Assembly: GCF_030028105.1 (NCBI RefSeq)
Contig: NC_092392.1
Span: 46,795,628-46,859,627 of the forward strand
Origin: Mobula birostris
Taxonomy: Eukaryota
Length of the DNA stretch: 64,000 nt
Direction: 5' to 3'
Part shown: positions 25,527-39,157 of the stretch, piece by piece
How the letters are laid out: every line of letters starts with the position of its first letter
Numbering within the stretch: position 1 is the first letter of the stretch
Translations under genes and position numbers: made by a program
The notes under the pieces: generated by a model
What the model saw: only the letters and a program-made list of their open reading frames with translations
Database searches by the model: none
Told to the model about the DNA's origin: nothing

Positions 25527-26524
25527 CTAAGGAAAGAGAAAAAAAACAATGCCCATGAAGTTTTTATCTGCAATTTCCCATTTTTTATAACTAGTAATGA
25601 CCACTTAATGAATCTAAACAAACAAAAATCACAACAAAACATTGTTTTGTTAATATTGTTATTTAAGATTTAGATGCGTACAATTTGTTTTTCTATAGTT
25701 TCAGTATTTGTAATATATACATCAGCAAACCTTTTGTATAAAGAAATAAACTTTGATTTCCTGCAGGATGAGGAAAATGAAATGAGTCATTACAAGTGTA
25801 ACTAATTTTGAAATCTCATGAATATCCCTGGCACCTTGTTGTCTGATATTCAGATTAATGGAATTCAGCAGAATTGACGGCAAAGTAGATAGCACATGTG
25901 ATTTACTTAGTGTCTCCTTGCAAAGCAAAATACAAACTAGGACTCTCTCAAAACTAACTGCAGATGAGTTCTAAGAAATATTATTCATAAACTTGTAGAG
26001 AGGGAAAGTTAAAGACAGAAATTATCCAGCAAACTCATGTCTTTATATTAACATTAATACAAATATATCCCCAACACAATGAAGCACAGATGAAGAGACA
26101 AATAAAGATATGACATCTTTCACCTGAAACAGGCTACCTGTTATTATACTCACAATACAACCAGGAGGAATAACAAGATCCATGAGACAATTCCAATGTT
26201 AGTTGAACAAACAACGTGAAGGCAGCTGGTGCAGAACAATTCAGCAGTTCTTCTTTGCCAAAAGAAGCAGCTTATTTCCATCAATTTTCAACTGAACAGA
26301 GCAGACATTTTTCTTACATCTCTTCTCCCCAAAAGAAGATCTGCTGAGGGGTGGAAACCAAATGGAAGAGCCAGCACTTAACATTGCAAGTGCTAACCAT
26401 TAACCACTGCTTTGTTCTGGTTAGGTATTTTTTATAGTCAGCCTGTTACAGGCAAATCCAGGGAGATATAATCTTCATTTACTGTTGCCAAGACAACTCT
26501 GGTAACAAGCTACTGTTTAATTAT

Positions 26525-26786
26525 ACACAGCAGGAGGTACTCAGTGGGTCAGATATCATCTACAGAGGGAAATGGACAGTCCAAATTTCAGGTCAAGACC
26601 CTTCATCTGCATTGAAAGATAGTGGGATAGTGGAGAAAGCCAGTATAGAAGGATGGCAGGAAGGGGTAGTACAAGTGCTGGCAGGTGATAGGTAGATCCA
26701 GGCGAATAGGTAGATCCAGGCGAGTGGGGTGATAGGCAGATGAGGAGATGCATCAGGAGCCGGGAGGAGATAGGTGGAAGTGACAA
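26525..26786 (-). mobile_element. Penelope terminal fragment
   Basis: Reverse-complement Penelope terminus and purine-rich UTR. Confidence 0.65.
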
Positions 26787-27032
26787 AGTGTCTCAGAAAG
26801 GCAGCGTCCTGTATTAAGAACCTCCAGCACCCAGAGCATGCCCTTTTCTCACTGTTACTATCAGGTAGGAGATACAGAAGCCTGAAGGCACACACTCAGC
26901 AATTCAGGAACAGCTTCTTCCCCTCTGCCATCCGATTCCTAAATGGACATTGAAGCTTTGGACACTACGTCACGTCTTTTTAATATACAGTGTATCAGTT
27001 TTTGCACATTTTAAAAAATCTATTCAATATAC

Positions 27033-30000
27033 TGTGACAAGAATACACATAGATAAGATGTTAGCTGTCCTGTGTGATCAGCAGTTGGTCTGCCACCTGT
27101 CTTCAGGAGAGAGAGAGATAAGGAAAACAATGGAGCAGCATTTGGAGATGTGTAATGAAGGGGAAGGAGAGCTGTCAAGAGCGGCTCCCCCTTTGAACCC
27201 TGAACTGTTTGAAGTGATGGACAGGCGATACCCCAGCAGGGGGATAAAAAGGGACAGGTTCACTAAGGCAGACACACACGACACCCGAGGTAACAAGACC
27301 CTGGAAGCGGTGCGTCTCTCACAAGTCGGTGGGAAGTACCGGGCCATAAACGCACAGGGTGGAAAGGCACGATCGGCGGGAACCTGGTGTGTGTCCACCC
27401 TTGCCTGGGTGCCAGGTTCAGCGCAGGGAAACGATCGTATCTGGAAACGGAGGGGTCACGGTCGGTGACCTCAGATGACATCACAAAGGACTCGCCCGAC
27501 AGCTGACTGCGAAGGTCTGTGTGTGGAAGCTGTGTTGAATATTCATTCGTTTTGCTCTCTCTCCTTCCCCCCACTGTCTGCGAACTGAACTGAACTAAAT
27601 TGAACTGAACTTTGTGTCACTTTGAAACGGGTCATTTGCCCCTAGACAACGATAGAGCTTGATTGATCCTGAATTCTGTGTGCATGTATGTTTATCATTG
27701 CTGAACTGTTGCATTCATTATCCTTTTGATTAGAGTACTGTGTTGCTTGTTTCTTTAATAAAACTTTCTTAGTTCTAGTAATCCAGACTCCAACTGAGTG
27801 ATTCATTTCTGCTGATTTGGCAACCCAGTTACGGGGTATGTAACATAAGTGGGGTTCTCGTCCGCGATTTTGAATGCTAAATTTGGGACGGAGTAAATTG
27901 ATTGGGTCAAAATTCCCGAAAGAAAGAAAAGACAAACAGCAGAAATGGAGGCTGAGGAATTTATAAAGGCGCCGACCTTGGAGGCATTAGAGGATGCCAG
28001 GAAATCGGAATGGTAGCTGTGGCCAAACGGTTGAATCTTACTAAGGGGAAGTCAACAATGAGGAGAGAGGAGATACACAGAGCTATCGTAGAGCACTATG
28101 TATCAAAAGGTGTGTTTCCCCAAGGCGAGCTGGAGGTGGTGTCTATTGAAAAACCTGCTGGAGACGCAGTACAGGTGCAGCTTGAAAAACTGAGACTCGA
28201 GCACGAGTTCCGGGTACGACAGTTGGAGCGAGAAGAGAAAGAGAGGGACAGACAGTTGGAGTTAGAAAGGCAAGAGAGAGAGTTAGAAAGGCGGGAGAGA
28301 GAGAGGGAGAGAGAGAGAGACAGTGGGAGCGAGAGGAGAAACAGAGGGAAAAGGAATTCGAGCTGGAGAAGTTAAGGTTAAGGGCCGAGCAGGGGCTCGT
28401 GCCGAACCAAGGTGGTGGGTTCCGGGTGACCCAGGAGGTTAGGCTGGTTCCCCCATTTGACGATACCGACGTGGATCGGTACTTTCTCCATTTCGAAAAA
28501 GTGGCTATAAGTCAGGACTGGTCGAGGGATAAGTGGGTTGTTTTGCTTCAGAGTGTACTGAAAGGGAAAGCCCAAGAAGCTTACTTAGCTTTGTCCGCGG
28601 AAGATGCCCAGAGGTATGAGGTGGTGAAAGAGGCCATCCTCAGGATTTATGAGTTGGTCCCGGAGGCATACCGGCAGAGGTTCCGGAATGCGAGGAAGCA
28701 GTGGAACTGCACGTATTTAGAGTTTGCCCGTGAGATGCAGACATATTGTGAGCGTTGGTGCGCCTCGAAGGGGGTAGAGGGGGATTATGACAGACTGCTA
28801 CAGCTGATCCTGATTGAGCAGTTTAAAGGTTGTATCCCTGAGGGTATGAGACCCTACCTAGATGAGAAAGAGGCAGCCACGTTAGCCGCAACTGCTAAGT
28901 TAGCGGATGAATATGCATTGACGCATAAAATGAAGTTTGCCCCGAGTAAAGGCTACCAGAAGGGTAGTCAGGACGGTGGGGAGAGTCCACCAGAAAAGTC
29001 AGAAAGTAAGCCGGGGACTAGTGAGAAGGATAAGGTAGACCGGGAGCAGTCTGGTAGGAAGTCTCCTGGGGTCGTCTGTTATAATTGCGGGAAAGTCGGA
29101 CATTTTGCGTCCAGGTGCTTTGCCCCAAAGAAGAAGACGGAAAAAAGAAAAGCGGTGATTTTGACTGGCTGTATCGAGCTGGTAAGCAAACCGCTAGGAC
29201 AGGACAGGTCTGCCAAAGTTCAGGAAGGGCGCGAGAAGTTCATCTCGGCCGGATTGGTGTCGGTGAAGGAGGGGGGTTAAAACCAGTTCCAGTGCGGATC
29301 TGGAGAGACACGGGAGCGTGTCAGTCACTGATACTGAAGAGTATATTAGAGTTTAGCTCAGAGACCCAGACTGGGGAGGTAAAGGTCAAAGGTGTTGGAG
29401 AAGGGACAGAGACAGTCCCTTTGCACCAGGTACACTTACAAAGCAACCTGGTCTCTGGACTAGTCACGATCGGGGTGAGGTCCGAATTACCGATGAAAGT
29501 CGTGGAAGTATTGCTTGGTAATGACGTCGCCGGGAGAACCGTGTTCCCAGTCGTGAGATTGACAGGTCAGCCTGCCAGCAGTGAGGCCCTGCCCATGGAC
29601 TCACAGGTTCATCACGGGACTGCGGTGGTAAGTTTAGCTGAGACGTTTCTGTCAACCTTGTACGAGAAGGGGGTAGAAAATGAAAAGAAGGAGTGTAGTG
29701 AGACAAGAGGTAGTGAGGGAGCTGAGATAGACTTAGCATTAGCCAGGAAAGAATTTGTGCAGATGCAGGAGTGAGACGAGGGGCTGATGGTTTTGGCAGA
29801 GACAGCTCTCTCTGACACAGACTTGACAAGGGAACTAGTAGGCTATTGTGTGGAGGAGGAAGTGCTAAGGAAGCAAGGGAGACCAAGTATCGTGCCCGCA
29901 GATGAGGAATGGGGGGTGGTGCAAAAGAGTTATGGGGTTGGGGTTTTTAACCTGGCCCCCAAGGTACTCCCTGGTGGACATTTTGCAGTGCTGGAGGAAA

Positions 30001-31866
30001 CAGTTGGTGGAATCATGAAAGAGGTTTACCGGCTGCCCAGGGGGAAGGATGTTATTAATTATGGCCGACGCGAACTGGGACGGTCACAGGCTTTTGATAT
30101 GCTAACAAACCTCGTCGGTGTTAGCGCGGAAATCAATGAAGCTAGGGTCCCTCCGATAAGAGAAAAAAACCATTTTGAAAAGATGAGTATGGTATCGACC
30201 AGATGGGAGAAGGCTATTGTTTTGGCCAGGTCTGCTGATAAGGTCTCTCCCTTAATCCCCGAACAAAGCGACTCTTTAGGAGAAGTAATTAAACGACTCG
30301 CACCCGTGTGTTTGATTGTCCGAGGCGATGCAAAGAACTGGGACGTTGGGTGGTGTCTGTTACAATAGGTCAGCCTAGTAAGCAACATCTATATAGAATG
30401 AGTAATTCAGTGACTAAAGGGCTGACGAACACAGAGGTGTGTATTGGCAATTTAATACGGCTGTCTGAAGCCAGCTTGATAGTGAAACTTGAAAAAAATG
30501 AGTTCGGCCACACGAAGGTCACTTATCTGGGAATTGTGGTGACACAGGGGCAGCTGGCAGCGATGCAAGCTACAGTGCAGGCTATCGCTGACCTCCCAAC
30601 CCCGACAGACAAGAGGGCCCTCAGAAGGCTCTTGGAGATGGTGGGGTACTGCAGGAAGTTTTGCAATAACTCTGCGGTCACTACCCCTCCCCCTCCTACT
30701 AAGCCCTTGCGAGAGAAAACTAAGTCGGAATGGGACGACCCTTGATATTGTGGTCCGGGACAAAACCAAATGAGAGGTTACATTGATCGCAATTCATCAG
30801 TGTTTTTGGCCACTATGAAGTTTGCTAAGTTGGAGCCTGGTCTAAGGGATTATTAATTACACATATAAAAGGAACAGAAAATGTGATTGCTGACTGTCTG
30901 TCAGGTGTTGACAACTTCAAACTCGCTGTATTAGCCAAATAGCTGATAAAGATGTATATTTGTGTGTGTATCAAATAATGTGTTCATGTTTGTAATTTTT
31001 ACCCCCCAGTAAAAATCCTTAAAGGGGGGAAGTGTGACAAGAATACACATAGATAAGATGTTAGCTGTCCTGTGTGATCAGCAGTTGGTCTGCCACCTGT
31101 CTTCAGGAGAGAGAGAGATAAGGAAAGCAATGGAGCAGCATTTGGAGATGTGTAATGAAGGGGAAGGAGAGCTGTCAAGATCGGCTCCCCCTTTGAACCC
31201 TGAACTGTTTGAAGTGATGGACAGGCGATACCCCAGCAGGGGGATAAAAAGGGACAGGTTCACTAAGGCAGACACACATGACACCCAAGGTAACGAGACC
31301 CTGGAAGCGGTGCGCCTCTCACAAGTCGGTGGGAAGCTTTTGGCCGGCTGATCGCGGGATCAAGCCTTAGACGCTCAGGGTGGAAAGGCACGATCGGCGG
31401 GAACCTGGTGTGTGTCCACCCTTGCCTGGGTGCCAGGTTCAGCGCAGGGAAACGATCGTATCTGGAAACGGAGGGGTCATGGTCGGTAACCTCAGATGAC
31501 ATCACAAAGGGCTCGCACGAAAGCTGACTGCGAAGGTCTGTGTGTGGAAGCTGTGTTGAATATTCATTCGTTTTGCTCTCTCTCCTTCCCCCCACTGTCT
31601 GCGAACTGAACTGAACTAAATTGAACTGAACTTTGTGTCACTTTGAAACTGGTCATTTGCCCCTAGACAACGATAGGGCTTGATTGATCCTGAATTCTGT
31701 GTACATGTATGTTTATCACTGCTGAACTGTTGCATTCATTATCCTTTTGATTAGAGTACTGTGTTGCTTGTTTCTTTAATAAAACTTTCTTAGTTCTAGT
31801 AATCCAGACTCCAACTGAGTGATCCATTTCTGCTGATTTGGCAACCCAGTTACGGGGTCCGTAACA
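27033..31866 (+). mobile_element. Gmr1-like Gypsy LTR retrotransposon, young and internally deleted
   Basis: LTRs 27033-27845 and 31033-31866 (TGTGAC...GTAACA); 4-bp TSD ATAC; tRNA-Pro-like PBS tggggttctcgtcc after the 5' LTR; PPT aaaggggggaag at 31021-31032. Confidence 0.95.
27945..30745 (+). pseudogene. gag (SCAN-like capsid domain + CCHC) - protease - remnant pol of the Gmr1-like element
   Basis: VPPF...DRYFLHFEKVA, LKGKAQEAY, YELVPEAYRQRFR, LILIEQF; CYNCGKVGHFASRC; RDTGACQSLI protease; only patches of RT remain (EFGHTKVTYLG, RRLLEMVGYCRKF). Frameshifts near 28010, 28370 and 29275. Confidence 0.88.
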
Positions 31867-32116
31867 ATACCTAATTGATTTAATTGTTTATTTATTATTA
31901 TTATGTTTTATTTTATTTTTTTCTCTGCTAGATTATGTATTGCATTGAACTGCTGCTGCTAAATTAACAAATTTCACGTCACATGCCGGTGATAATAAAC
32001 CTGATTCTGATTCTGATTCTGAAGGAAAGAAGTGGCGGAGATGGAAAAACTGAGTCAAAGGAATGGTATCTTTTTACAAGTGACAGGGCCTGTAATAAAC
32101 TGCTTTAGTAACCCCT

Positions 32117-32124
32117 TACACACA

Positions 32125-32190
<66 letters not shown>
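32117..32190 (+). repeat. (CA)n microsatellite
   Basis: About 36 AC units with one interruption. Confidence 0.95.
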
Positions 32191-32194
<4 letters not shown>

Positions 32195-32955
32195 CTTACC
32201 AGTGGGAATCCTGGCTCCTCCATACTGAATGAGTTTGAGGTTGCATGGTCCACAGCTCGCTCAGAGTCATTGAAATGTATCCTGGGCAAGAACTGTGGAA
32301 CTGTCAAATATTTCTCAAACTGTGCTGGTCCAGCCCTTGACACTTCTACAGATTTCTGACATGAGCAGGGTGGTAGAATCACAGGGCTACCTGCTGGCAA
32401 AAGAATTAAAGAAATTGTTTAAATTTACTCATATAACAAAATGTATTTTGGTTTTTCAAGTATATGGGACAGTATAACCTTTTTGATTTAAAATCTGACC
32501 GCATCAAGTAAATTAACAAGTGTCACTTTGCTCTTAAAGAAGGAAGAAAATTATAGTCTGGTTAACCTGACTCCAGTGCTTGGGAAGATATTAGAGTCCA
32601 ATATTAAGGATGAATTTTTCGGGGTACTTGGGGGCACACAACCAAATAAATTGAAGTCTGCATGGTTTTCTTCAGGAGACATCTTGACTGGCAAATCTGT
32701 TGGGATTCTTTGAGGAAGTAACAGACAGGATAGACAAGATAGAGTTGATGGATGTTGCTTACTTGGATTTTCAGAAGGTCTTTGACAAGTTGCTACACAT
32801 GAGGCCACTAAACAAGATAGGAGCCCATTCGACTACAGTAAAGATACTAGTATGGACAGAAGATTGGCTGACTGGCAGAAGGCAAAGAGTGGGAATAAAC
32901 ATGTAACTTTCTGGCTGACTGGTGGAGTTTCTCAGGGGTTGGTGTTGGGTATGCT

Positions 32956-35900
32956 TGCAGGCTTTTGCAAATAAAATGGCAGAGGCATTTTATGTTTCAG
33001 AAAATTCGTAGCAACTCATTTATTGAACAACAGAAAACTGAATTCAAAGCACTCTAAAAACCCTTTACATTATTACGTCATCACATCAGACCAGACCCTT
33101 AAAGTGAAACTCCAATTCAATGTCGGTGGTTGTGAGAATTATGTACATTCCCAACAATTACGTTACCTACACAGGTGCCCCCCAGAATTCACTGAAACCA
33201 GCATTGCAAGCCTGTCCAGAGCATGGATAAGCCAGCTGGCTTGGGTACAATGTTCCAAGAGTTACAGTTGCTGCCTTGGGCTCATTCAGAGGTGCACTGA
33301 CACACTCATGGTCATGTTCTAAGGACAGAGGCATGGTAGTGGAATTTTCCCAATCTGGGTGGGTCAGTTTACAGTGATCTACCGAAATATATTCAGATTT
33401 ACCCCTCTAATCTATGATAAAAGTCTTTTCTCTCCATTCCAAAACACAGACTGGGCCATCGTAAGGGACCCAAAAGGATGTTGGTGTGCGTCATTGAGGA
33501 TGAAAACAATTGAGGCAGAACGTAAATCAACAGGAGCCCAAAAGTGCTGCACACCATGGTGAGAGGTAGGAATAGCTGCAAAGGAATTTAATTTACTAAA
33601 GAGGTGGAACACCATTGAGAGGCCAACCAGGCAGTCAGGAATGAAATCACCTGGCACTCGTAACGGCTGTCCATATACCAACTCTGCCACAGGCAACTGC
33701 TGGTCCTCTTTTGGAGCTGTTCTCAGACAATTATGCCAACACTTGTCAGTCAGGGAAGCCCTCAGAGAGGCCTATAAGGAGCAGTGAAACCACTCGCCTT
33801 GGCCATTGGACTGCGGGTGATATGCTGTGGTGTGATGTAGTCTAACACCGAGGTTCTGGATCATCGCAGCCCAGAGGTCTGATATATAGGAATTGGGGAC
33901 CCCAGTACAGAGGAACTATCAGATGGGGTGCTAAACCAAGCAACCCAGGTGCTGATGAATGCCTGAGACATGTCTGCAGCTGTCATCGATGCTAGAAGGA
34001 TGACCTCTGGCCACCTGGTAATACAGTCCACCGTAGTAAGGCATGTGGAACTGTGAGAAAGGTGTAGAGGACCAACAAGGTCCACATTGATGTGGTCAAA
34101 CCATCACCCAGGGACCTCAAATTGTAGCAATGGCGCCTGAACATGACGGTTACTTTTTACAATCATGCACATCTTTTCTGAGGTTCTGTCACACAATGCA
34201 ACCAGTTTCTGTGAGGACTTCTGGACCAGATGCGAGAGTCAATGTATGGAGTCAAAAACAGTCCGTCTCCAGTTTGTGGGCATGATGGGATGAGGGCGAC
34301 TGGTTGAGATATTGCACAGGAGCGAAACGCCAGCTGCTATGAACTTATTGTCAGCCATCCGCAGGCCCATGACTACTGTTCTGTAAGCCTGGACATCTGT
34401 GTCAGTAGCTTGCCAACGCAGTCAACCCCTATGTGTATGGCCTCAACGGCTGGCCATGAGAGGGAATCAGCCGTGGAATTAATTTTCCCCTTGAAATGTT
34501 GTATATCAGTTGTGAACTCGGATATGTAGGCCAGGTGGTACTGCTGCCGTGCAGACCAAAGGTCTGATACTTTGGCCATCGCGGGCATGAGGGGTTTGTG
34601 GTCAAAGAACGCTGTGAAATGACGACCCTCTAAAAGAAAGTGAGTGGCTGCCACACACCTCCAACCAACTATTTGTGCACAGCACCCACAACATAGTCTG
34701 AAGCGTCAGTAGTAATGGCTATGGGTGTGTTGGCAAGTGGGAGCACCAGTAGGGATGCCTTCTCATCAACAGGCGATCCTGGCAGCACACTCAGTTGATC
34801 TCACCCCATAAATCCAGGGAGACCATAGAAACCTTTGACCTCACCAGACTCCTGCAGGAATATCATGATTTGGCCATCACCTTCAGTAAACGAGAAGCCA
34901 GCACTCTGCCGCCTCGCAGACCACATGAATGTGTGATCGACCTCCTCCCAACACCACCCCTCCCCTAGGAGCCTGTCCGGTATCATCAAATGCCCTGGTC
35001 ATGTCCACTGACCAGTCAAGCACTTGATTAGCGATATTGCCTTTACCACCGATGCCACCATCAGACTTTGGGACCATATGGAGTGGTGAAGCCCAGGGGG
35101 TATTTGACTGGCATACAATGCCAAGTCTTTCTAAGCTGGCAAACTCAGCCTTCACGGCAGCCAGCTTTTCTGGGTTTAGTCTACGTGCATGGGCATGTTC
35201 TGGTGGGACAGTTGTGGAAAATTGTTCTCGGCCCCCAGTTTCAGTAACTGTAGTGGAGAATATGGCTTGGTGAGGTTTGGAAATTTGCCCAGCAATTGAG
35301 GAAACTCACATATAGTGGCACAGGCGCGTGACAGGGTTGTTGTAGGTAACTTACTGGGGGAACAGTATAACGATCGAAAGTCTTTGACATCTACAAGCTG
35401 GCAGTCCTTAAGATCAACCACACAGGCACACAGGAAGTTTTCACTGAGCAAAGGTCTAGCCACTTTAGCCAGGACAAAGTCCCAAGTGTAATGTCATCCA
35501 CTGAAACAGAGTGTCACCCACCATGTCCTGTAAGTCTGGATCTTACTGCCATTAATGGCCTCCAGTGAGGTTTCATCACTCTTTGCCTTCTCATCAATAG
35601 GTGATGCTGGCAACACACTCTCTTGATCATCCGTGTCACATAAGAAATGTCGCCCTCAAAGGCAGTCCATAATGAATAGTAGCTAATTGGTTCCTCGCTG
35701 ATGGAACCTATAGTGTTCGCCGATCTGCTGGGACTGTCGAAGCTGCAAGACAGTCAGCACTTCCTTGCATTCCTGCCAGGGTGAGCATGGTAAAAGCACA
35801 GGCCTGGTGTTGTCTGTTTCACAGGCACGGCTGTCCTTATGTTGGGATCTTGCTGACTGGGGTTACTGAGGTAGAGAAAGGAGCAGGCTTGAGGTATCGC

Positions 35901-36633
35901 TGCCTAGCTAAGTGTAGACATTCAGCCATTTTTAGCAAGCTCCCTATAGTCCATCACGGGTGCATTAGCGAGGGCTATGTGAACTTGTTCATGCATTCGC
36001 TGCATGAAGAGTTCTCAAAAATAAAAAAAAAATGATTTCCCAGGAGATACAGCATGTGGTCCATTAGGTCCGAGGACCGAGGAATACCATCGGCAAGGCC
36101 GGGCAAGGAGAGCAACTGTTTGGCACGCTCATACTCTGACAGCCCAAAAGTCTGTAAAAGTTGAGTTTTCAGTGATTGGTATTTATCATGTGCAAGCAGA
36201 TGTTCTAGTAGTCTCACCACTCTTGCAGAGCAACGCTGCTACACAGAAATATTTGGTGTTGTTGGCAGAGAGTTCTCAAAGAGCAAATTGAGCCTCAGTT
36301 TGTATGAACCAAGGGACAGGATTTTTGCTCCCAAAGTTCCGACTGTTTCAAAACAACTGCGTTGGCCGACATGTTCAATAATTCTGGAAACGTCCTGGAG
36401 CATTGGGGTCACCAGTGTAAGATTTCACAAATACATAGCAGAGGCATTTTATGTTTCAGAAAAGCCTTGGCAACTCATTTAATGAACACGAAAAAAACTA
36501 GGAACTCAAAGTGCGCTAAAAAAACCCTTTACGTAATTGCATCATCACATCAGACCGGCCTCTTAAAGTGAAACCCCAACTCAATGTTGGTGGCTGTGAA
36601 TTATGTGTATTTCCACCAAATCCGTTACACCAA
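32956..36633 (-). mobile_element. Old Gypsy LTR retrotransposon (gag-PR-partial RT-RH-IN), RT largely deleted
   Basis: Diverged LTRs about 32956-33171 and 36416-36633; TSD ATGCT (32951-55 / 36634-38); PBS TGGTGACCCC (tRNA-Trp-like); G-rich PPT. Motifs LK..LLQTFGLSE, PWASPLHMVPK, LEGRHF..F.DHKPL, VDLVGPL, AELVYGQPLRVPGDF. Confidence 0.9.
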
Positions 36634-36770
36634 ATGCTACTTTTAACATTATGTGTTAATAATCTGCATGATGGAATCGTTGGCTTTGTGGCCAAGTTTG
36701 TTAATGATACAAAGAAAAGTGCAGGCCAAGTTACGATGAGAAAGTAAGGAGTCTGCACAAGGACTTAGGC

Positions 36771-36850
36771 CAGGGTTTTTCCAACTTTTTTATGCCATGG
36801 GCCATTACCATTAAGTAAGAGGTCTGTGAATCCCAGGTTGGGAACCCCTG
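36771..36850. mobile_element. 80-bp hAT-type MITE inside CR1
   Basis: TIRs cagggtttttccaac / gttgggaacccctg; 8-bp imperfect TSD acttaggc / acttcgac. Confidence 0.8.
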
Positions 36851-37091
36851 ACTTCGACAGATTAGGAGAACGGGCAAAGAAATAAAATGTAGGGAACTGT
36901 ACTCTTATGCACTTTGGTAGAAGGAATACAGGAGTAGACTATTTTTCAAATGGGGAGTGAATTCAGAAATCTGAGGTGCAAAGAGACTTGGGAGTCCCAG
37001 TACAGGATTCCCTAAAGGTTAACTTGCAGGTTGAGGTCATACTAACAGAGGCTAATGCAAAGTTAGTATTCATTGCGAGATGACTAGAATA

Positions 37092-39157
37092 TTCCTCTCA
37101 AAAAATTCAGGAATATCTGTCCAATAGCGTTAGTGGCTGGGCATCAAGGGCATCACTGACTATGCAAGGAAGAACAGATCGATTGTACCAGTGATGCCTC
37201 GCTCCCTGACACTTGCAGCAACTTTCCTGCACACTTCCAGGCATGCAACGTAACCGCTACCCCTCTCCCAGATGAGCACCCACTGTCCGTAACAACAAAC
37301 ACAAGAAGGACTCTGCAGGGAGCCAGAAACATGAGAAAATCTGCAGGTGCTGGAAATAAAAAGCAACACACACACAAATTACTGGAGGAACTCAGCAGGC
37401 CAGGCAGCATCCGTGGAAAAGAGCAAACAGTTGACGTTTTGAGCTGAGACCTTTCATTGGGACTCATGATAAGGGGTCACGGCCTGAAAAGTTGACTGTT
37501 TGCTCTTTTCCATAGATGCTGTCTGGCCTGCTGAGTTCCTCCAGCGACTTGCACGTGTTCCTCCGCAGAGAATCAACCCTTATAAGGCAGCTGGGCCAGA
37601 AAACATCCCAAGTCAAGTACTCAGGGAGTGTGCAAAACAGCTCACTGACGTCTTCAAGGACATTTCCAACACATTGTTCAACCAGACTGCTGTCTCCATA
37701 TGCTTCAAGTCAGTCACCCTCATCCTTGTACTGTATTAAGGAACTCTTACATCTTAAAAACTACTGCCCAGTGGTACTGACACCAATCATTATGAAGTGT
37801 CTTGAACGGCTGGTAATAGCACACATCAAAAGCTCCATTCCTGCCAAACTGGACACTCATCAATACGTTTATCGACATAATTGCTCCATAACTAATGTCA
37901 TAGCATCTGTCATACGCCTGACACACCTCAAATGCTGTTTCTGGATTTCGGTTTGGCATTCAACACTATTGTCCCATTGACCTTGGTGAACAAACTCCTA
38001 CTCCTTGCTCTGAATACATTACTGTGCAACTGGCTGTTGCACTTCCTACCGAGCAGACCTTAGATAGACAAAATGCACAACCCCTCCGCCCTCCCCGTCA
38101 TCCACAACATGGTTGCCCCTCAGGATTTCCAGCTAAGCCTATTGCTGTACACTCTGCTCATACATTACTGCACAGCCAGTTGCCCAAGTAATCACATTGT
38201 CAAGTTCACCAACGACACTACAGTGGTGGGGTTCATCACCAACAACAATGAGATGGCCTAGAGAGAGGAGGTGGAAGAGGGTCAAGGCCTGGTACCAGGC
38301 AAGACACCTCCTCCCCAATATCAATAAGACAAAGGAGATGGTTATCAGTTCCAGGAGAATTTGTACCATTCACACCCCGCTTTACATTAGCAGCCCAGTA
38401 GAGTAAATTGTGAGCAGTTTCAACCTTCTGACAGTGCACATCTCACACAATCTCTCATGGTCGCAGAACACATTCTACACAATCAGGAAAACTCAGCAAT
38501 GCTTCTGCTTTCTGCGGAGGCTGAAGAGAGCTGGACGATGCACATCTATACTCATGACCTTCTGCAGATGCAGAATAGAGAGCATCCTAACAAGCTGATC
38601 ACTGCATGGTACAGCAACTACATTGCAGCAGACAGGAAGGCTCTGCAATGGGTACTACAAACTGCCCCGCACATCAAAGGTACTAGCCCACCAGCCATCA
38701 AGGGTGCATATACAGATAGGTGCCGGACAAAGGCCAGTAACAACATGAAGGATCCCACCCAACCTGCTGATAGACTATTCCCCTCACTTCCATCAGGGAC
38801 GAGGCCATGTAGCATCTATGCCAGGGCAACCAGACTCAAAGGCAGTCACTTTCCCCAAGAAGTAAGGCTGACCAACACTTCCACCCACTAATCCACCCCA
38901 CCACCACTACTTTAATTTTTCCCGTCAGTCACCTTATGTATAGATATTCCTGTGCCTGGCGTCACTTTGTAGACATACAATCATTCTATGTATAGAAGTT
39001 ATCTTATGTATTTATATTTATTGTGTTTTTGTTATTATTATTATTCTGTTTCTTGTCTTATTGTGTGTTCTTTTTGAGTCGCATTGGGTCAAGAGTTAAA
39101 ATTATTTAATTCTCCTGAACACCTGTGTATTGGACAATCCTGAAGTTTGCATCTTGA
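37092..39157 (+). mobile_element. Rex1/Babar-type LINE (RT half) inserted in CR1
   Basis: INPYKAAGPENI, YCPVVLTPIIMKCLERLV, IVKFTNDTTVVG and FLRRLKRAG motifs; 3' UTR ending tcttgaa. Confidence 0.88.
37325..37560. mobile_element. Penelope-derived palindromic mini-element inside the Rex LINE
   Basis: Arms about 37380-37435 and 37491-37545 are inverted; two oppositely oriented degenerate hammerhead motifs lie in the centre. Confidence 0.8.

Larger units (their letters stand above)
26787..32021 (+). mobile_element. Rex1/Babar-type LINE 3' end (26787-27032 plus 31871-32021), split by the LTR element
   Basis: The 3' UTR continues across the insertion and ends aataaacctgattctgattctgattctga. Confidence 0.8.

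Noticed and set aside
26950-27574. ORFs of 100-172 aa at 26950-27574 and 31034-31595
   Set aside because: They lie within the LTRs, are duplicated only for that reason, and have no recognisable domain.
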